Below are positions 38,776 through 48,135 of a stretch of 64,000 nucleotides of DNA, piece by piece (positions within the stretch are counted from its first letter, which is position 1; each line of letters opens with the position of its first letter). Made by a program: the position numbers and the translations under genes. This DNA is from Rickettsiales bacterium (GTDB taxonomy: Bacteria; Pseudomonadota; Alphaproteobacteria; Rickettsiales; UBA1997), in contig JAGAUJ010000003.1 in the NCBI GenBank assembly GCA_017620845.1, positions 46,136 to 110,135 of the forward strand. Reading direction: 5' to 3'. The notes beneath the pieces are model-generated. The model was not told where the DNA came from. It did no database searches and saw only the letters and a list, made by a program, of their open reading frames with translations.

Positions 38776-39847
38776 TTTTGGTAATTTATTTAAAATAACT
38801 ACATTTGGCGAATCGCACGGGGTCGCTATTGGTTGCGTTATAGATGGATGTCCTGCTAATATTGAAATTACAGAAGAGGATATACAAAAAGAATTAGATA
38901 AAAGAAAACCTGGGCAAAGTTCTATAACAACACAAAGAAAAGAAGAGGATAGGGTGCAAATTTTGTCTGGTGTTTTTGAGGAAAAAACTACTGGAACACC
39001 TATTATGTTGCTTATAATGAATAAGGACCATAAGTCGGCGGATTATTCTAATATTAAAGATATATTTAGACCATCTCACGCAGATTATACATATTTTAAA
39101 AAATATGGCATTAGAGATTATAGAGGTGGAGGTAGAGCGTCTGCAAGAGAAACTGCTTGTAGGGTTGCTGGTGGAGTAATAGCAAAAAAGTTTTTACAAA
39201 GTAAAGGTATTGAAGTTTTGTCTTTTGTGGAGCAAATAGGCAACATAAGAATGGATTATAATTCATTAGATGATATTTCTGTTGATAAAATTGAAAGTAA
39301 TATTGTTAGGTGTCCTGATATGGAAAAAGCAAAATTAATGATAGAATTGATAGAAAATACTAAAAATAATGGCGATTCTATTGGTGGAATTATTAAGTGT
39401 ATTATAAAAAATTGTCCTGCTGGACTTGGCGAACCTGTTTTTGATAAATTATCAGCACAATTAGCAAAAGCAATGTTAAGTATAAATGCTTGTAAGGGTT
39501 TTGAATATGGGGATGGTTTTGATTTTGTGAATAAAAGCGGTTCTAATTGTAATGATGAGTTTGTAAGTAAAAATGGTAAAATTTCTACAAAAACAAATCA
39601 TTCTGGCGGTATTCAGGGCGGAATATCTAATGGTGAAGAAATTAATTTTAGGGTTGTATTTAAACCTACTGCTACAATATTTAAGGAGCAAGATACGGTA
39701 AATATAAATGGAGAAAATGTTAAGTTTCAACCTTCTGGTAGACATGATCCTTGTGTTGTTCCGCGCGCTGTTCCTGTTGTTGAGGCTATGACTTGGTTGA
39801 CTTTGATGGATTTTTGGTTAATAAATAATGGTTTGTTGATAGATTAA
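38762..39847 (+). CDS. aroC: Chorismate synthase
   Basis: MTGNSFGNLFKITTFGESHG..., RPGQS, RPSHAD, GGGRASARET and GRHDPCV. ATG 38762 matches the family N-terminus (the ORF track starts at 38750). Confidence 0.95.
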   Translation: MTGNSFGNLFKITTFGESHGVAIGCVIDGCPANIEITEEDIQKELDKRKPGQSSITTQRKEEDRVQILSGVFEEKTTGTPIMLLIMNKDHKSADYSNIKDIFRPSHADYTYFKKYGIRDYRGGGRASARETACRVAGGVIAKKFLQSKGIEVLSFVEQIGNIRMDYNSLDDISVDKIESNIVRCPDMEKAKLMIELIENTKNNGDSIGGIIKCIIKNCPAGLGEPVFDKLSAQLAKAMLSINACKGFEYGDGFDFVNKSGSNCNDEFVSKNGKISTKTNHSGGIQGGISNGEEINFRVVFKPTATIFKEQDTVNINGENVKFQPSGRHDPCVVPRAVPVVEAMTWLTLMDFWLINNGLLID

Positions 39848-39870
39848 TTTTGATAAAATTTATTATAAAC

Positions 39871-39904
39871 AATCTCTATATATAATAATATAGAGATTAT
39901 TTTG
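39871..39904 (+). terminator. Rho-independent terminator ending the shikimate block
   Basis: 11-bp stem AATCTCTATAT/ATATAGAGATT with a 6-nt loop, followed by ATTTTG. Confidence 0.7.
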
Positions 39905-40034
39905 TGCTTGTTTTATTTATATGTATGTATGAGTATATTATTTAATTAAATTACTTATATTAATAAATTATTATAACGTTAAAAATATTATATTTTCAAG
40001 AAAATTACACTAAAAAATCATTTCTATTTTTCTA

Positions 40035-40063
40035 TTGACATTTTAAAAATACTTATTTATACT
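40035..40063 (+). promoter_or_regulatory. Sigma70-type promoter of tRNA-Gly
   Basis: TTGACA (40035-40040), 17 nt, TATACT (40058-40063). The -10 box ends 14 nt before the tRNA. Confidence 0.55.
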
Positions 40064-40077
40064 TACTATGGTTATAA

Positions 40078-40153
40078 GCGAGTGTAGCTCAGTTGGTAGA
40101 GCGCAACCTTGCCAAGGTTGGGGTCGCGCGTTCGAGTCGCGTCACTCGCACCA
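40078..40153 (+). tRNA. tRNA-Gly (GCC)
   Basis: 76 nt with acceptor GCGAGTG/CACTCGC, anticodon stem CAACC/GGTTG, loop TTGCCAA, T-loop TTCGAGT and an encoded CCA. Confidence 0.93.
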
Positions 40154-40462
40154 GTCAGTCTTATTTTTATTTATGTCAAGTTTTAGTTTGTATTAAGTCT
40201 TTGTGTTGTTTGTGTATGGATTTGTTATCTGTTTTGTATTGTAAATTTTAGTTGTTTGTATATTTGTTGTTTTATATCTTTATAAATAATTGTAAATAAA
40301 CATTGTGTAATTGTTCAACTCTATTTTAAATACAAAAATAAAAGGGTTACAAAATTTTCTTGCATTATTAAAAATAAACTCTACAATCTTAAGTATTAGA
40401 TAAAAAGTAATTTTTATCATAATATTTTTTAACTATTTTAATAAACAAAAAAATTAAATATT

Positions 40463-40724
40463 ATGGCACATACATTAACAACAAAAAAAAAATATTAGAA
40501 TTACAGCAAGAAGAACTGCTATAAATAAATCAAGAAAAAGCAGAATTAGAACTTTTTTAAGAAAAGTTGAAGATGCTGTATTGGCTAAAAATAAAGAATT
40601 GGCAAAAACAGCCTTAGTTGAATTTGAATCAGAAATAATGAAAGGCGTTTCAAAAGGTGTTTATAAAAAGAACACTGCTGCAAGGAAAATAAGAAGAATG
40701 GCAAAACAAGTTAATAGCATATAA
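40463..40724 (+). pseudogene. rpsT: 30S ribosomal protein S20 gene interrupted by a frameshift in an A10 tract (possibly still expressed)
   Basis: ATG 40463 reads MAHTLTTKKKY then TAG (40496-40498). The +1 frame from 40491 reads NIRITARRTAINKSRKSRIRTFLRKV...AARKIRRMAKQVNSI and ends with TAA at 40722-40724, which is clearly S20. The two parts join across the A10 run at 40483-40492. Removing one A gives an 86-aa S20. This gene is absent from the ORF track. Confidence 0.85.
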
Positions 40725-40756
40725 TTTACATGTTATAAACAATAATAAAACTAGTA

Positions 40757-41629
40757 ATGACAATATTAAAAGAATATAACTTTATAAAACTAACAAAAGT
40801 AACTTGGTTATTTTCATTGGTTTTATTTATAATTTCTATTACTAGTATTAGTGTAAACAAGTTTAATTTTGGAATTGATTTTACTGGTGGAATTATATTT
40901 GATATAAATATAACAGATAAATCAAAACAAGAACAAATCAAAGATAAGTTATCTTTAATCTATAAAAATAACATTTTTCAAACTTATAACGATGGTGTTA
41001 TAATAAAAATATCACAGCAAGATATAACAAGCAAAAGTAAAGATATTGAAAATATAACACAAACAATAAAATTAATTGATAGTGAAATAGTGTTTAACAA
41101 AGTTGATTTTGTTGGGGCGCAAGTTGGTGACATTTTGGTAAAAAATGGTATAAAATCGTTACTACTATCTTTTATTGGAATAATGTTATATATATGGTTG
41201 AGATTTAAGTTACATTTTGGAATAAGTGCAATAACTGCTTTAATACATGATATTCTTATATTATTTGGTTTTATATCAATTTGTAAAATAAAATTTGATT
41301 TAACGACAATTGCCGCAATACTCACTGTTGTTGGTTATTCTGTAAATGATACGGTTGTATTGTTTGATAGAATAAGAGAAAACTTAAAAATATACAAAAA
41401 GGAAAAAGACATTAAAGAAATTGTTAATATAAGTATCAATAATAATTTAAAAAGAACTTTATATACAAGCATTTCAACCTTATTTGCAATATTTCCATTG
41501 GTATTTTCTACTGTTGATAGTTTAAAAGGTTTTAGTGCGGTTGTAATGTTTGGTATTATTATTGGCACTTATTCGTCTATATTTATAGCATCATTATTAT
41601 TAACATATAAACACAAATTATTGGAGTAA
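40757..41629 (+). CDS. secF: Protein translocase subunit SecF
   Basis: 290 aa with FGIDFTGG and VGYSVNDTVVLFDRIREN and six TM helices. No secD is adjacent. Confidence 0.9.
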   Translation: MTILKEYNFIKLTKVTWLFSLVLFIISITSISVNKFNFGIDFTGGIIFDINITDKSKQEQIKDKLSLIYKNNIFQTYNDGVIIKISQQDITSKSKDIENITQTIKLIDSEIVFNKVDFVGAQVGDILVKNGIKSLLLSFIGIMLYIWLRFKLHFGISAITALIHDILILFGFISICKIKFDLTTIAAILTVVGYSVNDTVVLFDRIRENLKIYKKEKDIKEIVNISINNNLKRTLYTSISTLFAIFPLVFSTVDSLKGFSAVVMFGIIIGTYSSIFIASLLLTYKHKLLE

Positions 41630-41632
41630 AAA

Positions 41633-43036
41633 ATGAAAAGAACTAAAATAGTAGCTACAATAGGTCCAAAATCAGAACATCCAGAAATTTTAAAACAATT
41701 ATCAGAAGTGGGTGTTAATGTTTTTAGATTAAATTTTTCACACGGTTCTCATGAGGAGCATGGTAAAAAAATAGATGCAATAAGATCTTTAAAATTACCA
41801 GGTGCAGTAATGTTGGATACAAAAGGTCCAGAAATTAGAACCGGTGAAGTAAGAGATAAACTTTTTGTAAAAATTGGTGATAAGTTTACAATGACAACAG
41901 AAAAAGGTGTTTATGAAGATACTGGTAAAGTTAGTGTTAATTATAAAGATTTTTTAAAAGATGTAGATGTTAATGATGTTATTTGTTTTGATAGTGGCGT
42001 AATGTTTGCAAAAGCATTAAAGAAAACAAAAACAGATATAGAGTTTGAAGTGGTTAGTGGACAAACTAATATAACAACAAAAAGACACATAAATTTATTT
42101 GGTAAACCAGTTTCTTTGCCAACAGTTACAGAACAAGATTGGAAAGATATAGATTTTGGTATAGAAAAAAAAGTTGATATGATTGCTTTGTCATTTGTTA
42201 GAAGTGCAAAAGATGTTAAAGAAGTAAAAGATTATTGTATTGCAAAAGGACATAAAAATGTTCATATAATTTCTAAAATTGAAAATTTTGAAGCGACACA
42301 AAATTTAGAAGAAATAGTTGCTGAAAGCGATGGAATTATGGTTGCAAGAGGTGATTTAGCTTGTGAAATTCCATTTTCAAAAGTTCCAGCAATGCAAAAG
42401 AAAATAATTGCTTTGTGTGCTTTGTATAAAAAACCAGTTATAGTAGCAACTCAAATGTTATTATCAATGACTGATAATATACAACCAACAAGAGCAGAAG
42501 TTTCTGATGTTGCGAATGCAGTATTTGAACATACTGATGCAGTTATGACATCTGATGAAACAACAAAAGGTGTTGATCCAGTTAATGTTATAAAAGTGAT
42601 GGCAAAAATTGCAGAAGATACCGAAGATGAAATTTATAGTTGTGATTGTGATGGCGATTGTGATTGTGGTTGTCATGAAGGTAAAGAGTGCACTTGTGGT
42701 TGCCAAAGTAATGAAGGAATATTCTCTATTTTACCAGATTATACAGAAGATGTTGATGCAATAGTTGTATTAAGTGATAAAGTAGAATATACAAATAGTG
42801 TATCAAGTGCAAGATATGATTTACCAATATTTTCATTTACCACAAATGAAACAATAGCAAATAATTTACATTTAGTATGGAATACAAAACCATTCGTTAT
42901 AAAAGAAAATAATAACTTGGAAGATAATATAAAAACAATAGAAAAAACAATTAAAAAAGAATATAAAGGTATTAAACAATATATATTTGTATTTGAACTT
43001 AATGGTTCTTTAACAATACAAGTAAGAGATATTTAA
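41633..43036 (+). CDS. pyk: Pyruvate kinase (with a Cys-rich insertion)
   Basis: 467 aa with MKRTKIVATIGP, FRLNFSHG, DTKGPEIRTG, MVARGDL and TQML.SM. It carries an unusual insert, CDCDGDCDCGCHEGKECTCGC, at about 42641-42700. Confidence 0.92.
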   Translation: MKRTKIVATIGPKSEHPEILKQLSEVGVNVFRLNFSHGSHEEHGKKIDAIRSLKLPGAVMLDTKGPEIRTGEVRDKLFVKIGDKFTMTTEKGVYEDTGKVSVNYKDFLKDVDVNDVICFDSGVMFAKALKKTKTDIEFEVVSGQTNITTKRHINLFGKPVSLPTVTEQDWKDIDFGIEKKVDMIALSFVRSAKDVKEVKDYCIAKGHKNVHIISKIENFEATQNLEEIVAESDGIMVARGDLACEIPFSKVPAMQKKIIALCALYKKPVIVATQMLLSMTDNIQPTRAEVSDVANAVFEHTDAVMTSDETTKGVDPVNVIKVMAKIAEDTEDEIYSCDCDGDCDCGCHEGKECTCGCQSNEGIFSILPDYTEDVDAIVVLSDKVEYTNSVSSARYDLPIFSFTTNETIANNLHLVWNTKPFVIKENNNLEDNIKTIEKTIKKEYKGIKQYIFVFELNGSLTIQVRDI

Positions 43037-43043
43037 TATATTG

Positions 43044-43068
43044 TGACTCCGTTTTTACGGAGTCATTT
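43044..43068 (+). terminator. Rho-independent terminator of pyk
   Basis: 9-bp stem TGACTCCGT/ACGGAGTCA with a TTTT loop, followed by TTTAATTT. Confidence 0.75.
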
Positions 43069-43321
43069 AATTTAGTGAATATTTTAGTATATACGGTGTG
43101 CTTTGTGTAAATTGTTGTTGAGTCAGTAAGAGTCGACGGTCGTTGTTTGTGTTGTTTTTTGTGGTAAGTATTGTTGAATTTATAAAGATTTATTGAAAAT
43201 ATTTTAAATAACTTATAGACAAATAACATTAAGCACATCTTTATTAAGGTATTATTGGGCAAGTAACTTGAATTATATTATTGATTTATTGTAAATTATT
43301 AAATGATTATTATTAAATAAA

Positions 43322-44098
43322 ATGATTACATCAAATTTTGATACAACAATAGCAATTATATTAATATTTTTTTCAACATGCGGGTTAATTAGAGGTTTTT
43401 TGAAGGAAATTTCATCTGTTGTTAATTGGTTTGGTTCGTTTTATTTAACATCGGCAATAAAGCCGTTTGTTAGACCATTTTTTGAAGAAAAAATACAGAT
43501 TCCGTTTTTATTGGATACAATTATGAATATTACAATTTTTGTTGTGCTGATTGTTGTTATTTCTATATTAACTAATTATTTAAGTATAATTTTTAAAAAA
43601 CTTATTCCATCAAGTATAAATGGAAGTTTGGGTTTAATTTGTGGTTTTTTAAGGGGTTTTTTAATATCTGCTATAATTGTGGCTTTTGTAAAAATTATAT
43701 ATGATAGAAGTAATAATAAACCACAGTGGGTTGAAAATTCATATGTGTATAATTCTGTGTCTTATGATGGGAATATTTTTGTTGGAATGCTTAATAATAT
43801 TTTTGGGGATTATAAAAAGGAAGATATGAGTAAGGCAGATAAAGTATATTTGAATAATAGATTTAATAACAAGACAAAAGATGGTGAAGATAAAGATGAA
43901 AATATGGATTTTAATAAAATGTTTGATGTTATTAATGAAAATTATAAAGATGAAGTTAAGGATACAGTAAAAGATATTAAAAAAGATGTGGTAAAACAAA
44001 TTGAAGATAAAATTGAAAATGTTGTTGATGATGGTAAAAAAATATTAAATAAAAATCAAAAAAATTTGGAAAGATTAATAGATATAGTTGTAGAGTAA
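43322..44098 (+). CDS. cvpA: CvpA family membrane protein
   Basis: The N-terminal DTTIAIILIFFSTCGLIRGFLKEISSVVNW and the later GSLGLICGFLRGFLISAIIV align with CvpA. The C-terminus is an extended Lys/Asp/Glu-rich tail. Confidence 0.7.
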   Translation: MITSNFDTTIAIILIFFSTCGLIRGFLKEISSVVNWFGSFYLTSAIKPFVRPFFEEKIQIPFLLDTIMNITIFVVLIVVISILTNYLSIIFKKLIPSSINGSLGLICGFLRGFLISAIIVAFVKIIYDRSNNKPQWVENSYVYNSVSYDGNIFVGMLNNIFGDYKKEDMSKADKVYLNNRFNNKTKDGEDKDENMDFNKMFDVINENYKDEVKDTVKDIKKDVVKQIEDKIENVVDDGKKILNKNQKNLERLIDIVVE

Positions 44099-44184
44099 AT
44101 TATGTTTGTTGGTAATTATATAAATTTCTTGATTTTTTTACATTATTTTTATAGATTTTAATTATTAAAAGGTTTTATAAGATT

Positions 44185-45417
44185 ATGAGTTATAAAAAAT
44201 TTAGTCTATTTTTATTATTTACAATATTTACATTGTTATTTAATAATGTTAATGCTTATCAAATTGCAAGCAACCACTCTTATGTAAAAAATTCTACATT
44301 TACAACAGATCATACGATAAATATAAATGGTTATGGTGATTTTAAATTAATGTATACAAATGAAGATACTGAAAGTGATAAACAAAATATAACAACTTCA
44401 AGCGAGAATGAGATATCATTGGATTTTAATTTAGAAAAAGAATTGGATGAAATTACAAAAATAGGTATTCATTATATACCAGTATTAAATAGTGAATATC
44501 AAGAATTTGATAGATTTTATATTTATTTAGATGGATATTATGGAAAGATGGAAATAGGTAATACAACCAGTATTTTTAATAATATGAAAATTGGTGCTGA
44601 CACAATAGCGCTTGGTTCTGGTGGTATTAATAGTAGTTTTACAAAACAAGTAAAGTTAGAAAATAATTATATTTATATTTTATCTCCAAATTCTTTTACA
44701 TCTCAAAATTTTGGTTTTTATAACAATTCAATAGATGCTAATAATTGGAATGATAGTAAATATTTAACTAAAATTAATTACTATTCGCCAGAGTTTTTTG
44801 GTTTCCAATTTGGTTTTGGTATAACTCCAAATGCAAGACTTAAAAAAGATTATCTAGGAGATAATATTGTTACAAGTATTGGATATGGTGAAGAAATGGA
44901 TTTGGGAACGTTTATTAATTATGGTGTGAGTTATATTAATACTTTTGGAAATGTTGGTCTTGCCCTTTCTCTTACAGGAGAAACAAATATTTCAAATTCA
45001 CTTAATAAAAAAAACGATGTTGAAGAGGATATAAAAAGTTCTTTTGATTCTATGGAGTTTGGTATGAACTTAAATTATTTTGGATTAACATTTGCTGGAT
45101 CTGTTGGTTATCTTGAAACTAATATAGATGTTAATACACCAATAAAAAGTTTTAAATCTGCAATGAAAAAAGGTGAATATAAGACTTATGGTTTTGCTTA
45201 TGAAATGAGTGATGTATCAGTTAGTTTGACAAGGTTTGAAAGTGAGTATAAAAATTATACAACATTTGAGGCAACATCTTATGCTATTGAAAAAAATGTT
45301 TCAAAGGGTGTTTCGGCTTATGTTGAATATACAGATTATATATCAAGTGTCGTTTCTACAAACAAGGAATATAGTGGAAATAGTATATTTGTTGGTGTTA
45401 TTGTAAATTTTAATTAA
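44185..45417 (+). CDS. Outer-membrane beta-barrel porin
   Basis: 410 aa with a signal peptide ending NVNA-YQ, an alternating beta-strand pattern, aromatic girdles and a C-terminal ...FVGVIVNFN with a near-terminal Phe. Confidence 0.55.
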   Translation: MSYKKFSLFLLFTIFTLLFNNVNAYQIASNHSYVKNSTFTTDHTININGYGDFKLMYTNEDTESDKQNITTSSENEISLDFNLEKELDEITKIGIHYIPVLNSEYQEFDRFYIYLDGYYGKMEIGNTTSIFNNMKIGADTIALGSGGINSSFTKQVKLENNYIYILSPNSFTSQNFGFYNNSIDANNWNDSKYLTKINYYSPEFFGFQFGFGITPNARLKKDYLGDNIVTSIGYGEEMDLGTFINYGVSYINTFGNVGLALSLTGETNISNSLNKKNDVEEDIKSSFDSMEFGMNLNYFGLTFAGSVGYLETNIDVNTPIKSFKSAMKKGEYKTYGFAYEMSDVSVSLTRFESEYKNYTTFEATSYAIEKNVSKGVSAYVEYTDYISSVVSTNKEYSGNSIFVGVIVNFN

Positions 45418-45438
45418 CATTTGATTAATATTTGCTTT

Positions 45439-46296
45439 ATGGAACAAAATATAAATTTATCTCAATATAGTAGATTTGGTGTTGGCGGTGAGGCAGAGTA
45501 TTTATTTATGCCAAGTAGTGTTGAAGAATTAATTAATTTTGTTAAAAATAAAAAATATGTTGAGCCGATAAATGTTGTTGGTGCTGGGTCAAATATTTTA
45601 TTTGAGGATGGTTTGATAAAAGGAACAATAATTTCTACAAAAAAATTAAATAAAATTGAATTAAAAGATGGATTTATTTGTGCCGAGTGTGGAGTTTTAA
45701 ATTCAAAATTATTTAATTTTGTAAAAAATAATAATTTTGGCGGTTTTGAGTTTTTGGGTTGTATTCCAGGTAGTATTGGTGGATCGTGTAGGATGAACGC
45801 TGGTTGTTATGGTAGGGAAATGAAAGATATTATTTATGATGTTGAAGTTTTGGATTTTGACGGAAATGTTAAGACTTATACTTTGAATGAGTGTGGTTTT
45901 AGTTATAGAAATTCTTTGTTAAATGATTTGATTGTATTAAGTGTAAAATTTAAGACTGATTTTATTGAAGATAAGGTTGTTATAGGGGAGAATTTTAAAA
46001 AAATGATAGATGAGAAAATAAAATCACAACCAATTAATGAAAAAACTTGTGGTTCTACTTTTAAAAATCTTCCGGATATGCCTGCTTGGAAAGTTATAAA
46101 AGAATTAGGATTACAAGATGTTGATTTTAAAGGTGTAAAATATTCTGCAAAGCATGCAAATTTTTTAGTGAATATAAATAGTAATAAGGCAAAAAATATT
46201 TGTGACTTAATACAATTAACAAAAAATAGGGCAAAAAAGGAATTAGATATTGATTTAGAATTGGAAATTCAAATAATTGGTAATAAAAATGAATAA
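45439..46296 (+). CDS. murB: UDP-N-acetylenolpyruvoylglucosamine reductase
   Basis: FAD-binding N-domain (YSRFGVGGEAEYLFMP, VVGAGSNILF), GSIGG and the C-terminal GSTFKN...AKHANF. The start is taken at ATG 45439. Confidence 0.9.
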   Translation: MEQNINLSQYSRFGVGGEAEYLFMPSSVEELINFVKNKKYVEPINVVGAGSNILFEDGLIKGTIISTKKLNKIELKDGFICAECGVLNSKLFNFVKNNNFGGFEFLGCIPGSIGGSCRMNAGCYGREMKDIIYDVEVLDFDGNVKTYTLNECGFSYRNSLLNDLIVLSVKFKTDFIEDKVVIGENFKKMIDEKIKSQPINEKTCGSTFKNLPDMPAWKVIKELGLQDVDFKGVKYSAKHANFLVNINSNKAKNICDLIQLTKNRAKKELDIDLELEIQIIGNKNE

Positions 46297-48064
46297 TTTT
46301 AAAAAAATTGTAGTTTTTTTGAGGATATTGATATTAGTATTAATATTAATCATTGTTGGTATTAAGATAAAAAAACATAATATTGTTAGTTACAAAAGCG
46401 ACTTTTTTAAGAGTTTTTCCAAGATGTGTTTTGAAAATACGGTAAAAACATATAAAAGTGCTAACAACATAATGGATGATATATTTAATGGTAAAGTGAC
46501 AATATTAAATGTTTATAGTATTAATAATATTAATTATTTAAATAATTTAAAAATATCAAAATATTTAGAGCAGAATTTTAGTAATATTAATATTGTGGAT
46601 ATTTTTATAAAGGACAATAGAGATTTTATAAGTGATGATTTATTGGAATTAATAGAGGATAAAAATGATGAATTTATGAATAAATATCAAATTAATAGAC
46701 CTGCTCTGGTGGTTTCAAGTGATATGTTTAAGCAATATTTCAATTTTGTGAATATGGAGAATAAAATTATACTTCTTGATAATTTTGGGAATATAAAATA
46801 TGTTGAAAATAATGATATAAATGTAAAAACTTTGAGTGATAAAATAATTGAAATATCAAAAGAAAAAAAAGTTAACATTACAAATAAGATAAATAAGATC
46901 AATAATGAGGTTGTGAGCGATGGAAATTTTATAAAGCATTTTAGTAAGTTTATTATGATAAATAATTTTGCTGACTATGATTTTCCGGTTTTTGTAATAT
47001 TGGATGATAATACTAATAATATTTTTGTTACCAAAATAAATGGTGATATTTTGTATAGTATTACAAGCAATAAGTTTTGTCAAATAAGCAGCATAAAATA
47101 TATAAATAAAGACCTATATATTACTGATGTATGTAATAGCATGATAAGTAAGGTGAATTTTGAACAACAAAGAATTGATAAATTTGTTGAAAATGAGTGG
47201 TTGTTTGGTATTAGTGATTTTGAATTTTTGAGTGATAAAAAACTTTTAATCTCTAAAAAATTGGATGATGGTATTGGTATTTTTGATATTGAAAATGGTA
47301 CTTATACACCATTATCTAAATTATTTAATTTTGAGTATAAGATTGGTAAAATAAATAGAATAACAAAACAAAATGATGGGTATTATTATTTTGATGTAAG
47401 TAATAATATTTTGTATTTGTATAACCATAAATTAAACATAAATAAGGAAGAAATAAATTTAAATCAGTTTGATAATGTAATTATTTCGCAAGAAATAGAT
47501 AATTTTTATATTCATTCAAAAAATAATATTTATTTTATGGATAGTCAAAATCATAGAGTGTTACATTATAGTCATGGAACTATGTATGAAAAATATTTTA
47601 AAAATTTTCTTTATTTTCCTAATGATTTGTTGATTTATAGAAATATTTATTATGTCCTGTCAAATAGTAATATACAGGTAATGAATTTATATAATAATAG
47701 TAACTACAATTTGGAATTGTATTTTTCTAACAATAGGCAGAACTTTTTTAATTTGTATGATAATGTAAACATAAATCAACTAATTCAAAAAGAATTTACT
47801 ATAAAAACAGATACATTAAAAATTAATGATGTAATTAATGATGTTAATATTGTTCCTTACTCGCCAAGTTTTATTGTTGTATTTGAGAAACAAAATAATA
47901 CAGTTACTCCAATAAAAATGTTTTACTATAATTCTCTTATTGCAGATAGTATTGTTAATATTGAAAATGGTAAAAATTATGTTTTGTATGGAAACATTTA
48001 TTATAATAGCATGGATGACAATAGTATAAAAATAAAAAATATTAATTTTTCTATTAGTCAATAA
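46289..48064 (+). CDS. Hypothetical membrane-anchored protein, possibly thioredoxin-fold plus NHL-repeat (NHLRC2-like) but without CxxC
   Basis: N-terminal TM helix followed by NHL-like repeat fragments (LYITDVCNSMISKVN, IYFMDSQNHRVLHYS). The ATG at 46289 overlaps the murB stop (ATGAATAA). The functional call is weak. Confidence 0.3.
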   Translation: MNNFKKIVVFLRILILVLILIIVGIKIKKHNIVSYKSDFFKSFSKMCFENTVKTYKSANNIMDDIFNGKVTILNVYSINNINYLNNLKISKYLEQNFSNINIVDIFIKDNRDFISDDLLELIEDKNDEFMNKYQINRPALVVSSDMFKQYFNFVNMENKIILLDNFGNIKYVENNDINVKTLSDKIIEISKEKKVNITNKINKINNEVVSDGNFIKHFSKFIMINNFADYDFPVFVILDDNTNNIFVTKINGDILYSITSNKFCQISSIKYINKDLYITDVCNSMISKVNFEQQRIDKFVENEWLFGISDFEFLSDKKLLISKKLDDGIGIFDIENGTYTPLSKLFNFEYKIGKINRITKQNDGYYYFDVSNNILYLYNHKLNINKEEINLNQFDNVIISQEIDNFYIHSKNNIYFMDSQNHRVLHYSHGTMYEKYFKNFLYFPNDLLIYRNIYYVLSNSNIQVMNLYNNSNYNLELYFSNNRQNFFNLYDNVNINQLIQKEFTIKTDTLKINDVINDVNIVPYSPSFIVVFEKQNNTVTPIKMFYYNSLIADSIVNIENGKNYVLYGNIYYNSMDDNSIKIKNINFSISQ

Positions 48065-48135
48065 CTTGTATTTCAGGAAATCATTACTATATAATAAGTA
48101 TCTTATAAAATATTAAAAATAAAAAGGTTAGAATT

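Noticed and set aside
40757-41629. secF without an adjacent secD, considered as a possible fused or truncated SecDF.
   Set aside because: The ORF has normal SecF length and motifs, and the upstream gene is rpsT. secD is probably encoded elsewhere, so there is no evidence of fusion or decay.
42999-43262. An 87-aa minus-strand ORF in the pyk-cvpA spacer.
   Set aside because: It runs through the pyk terminator hairpin and overlaps the pyk 3' end. It has no motif or RBS. It is likely a chance ORF in a GT/CA-skewed spacer.
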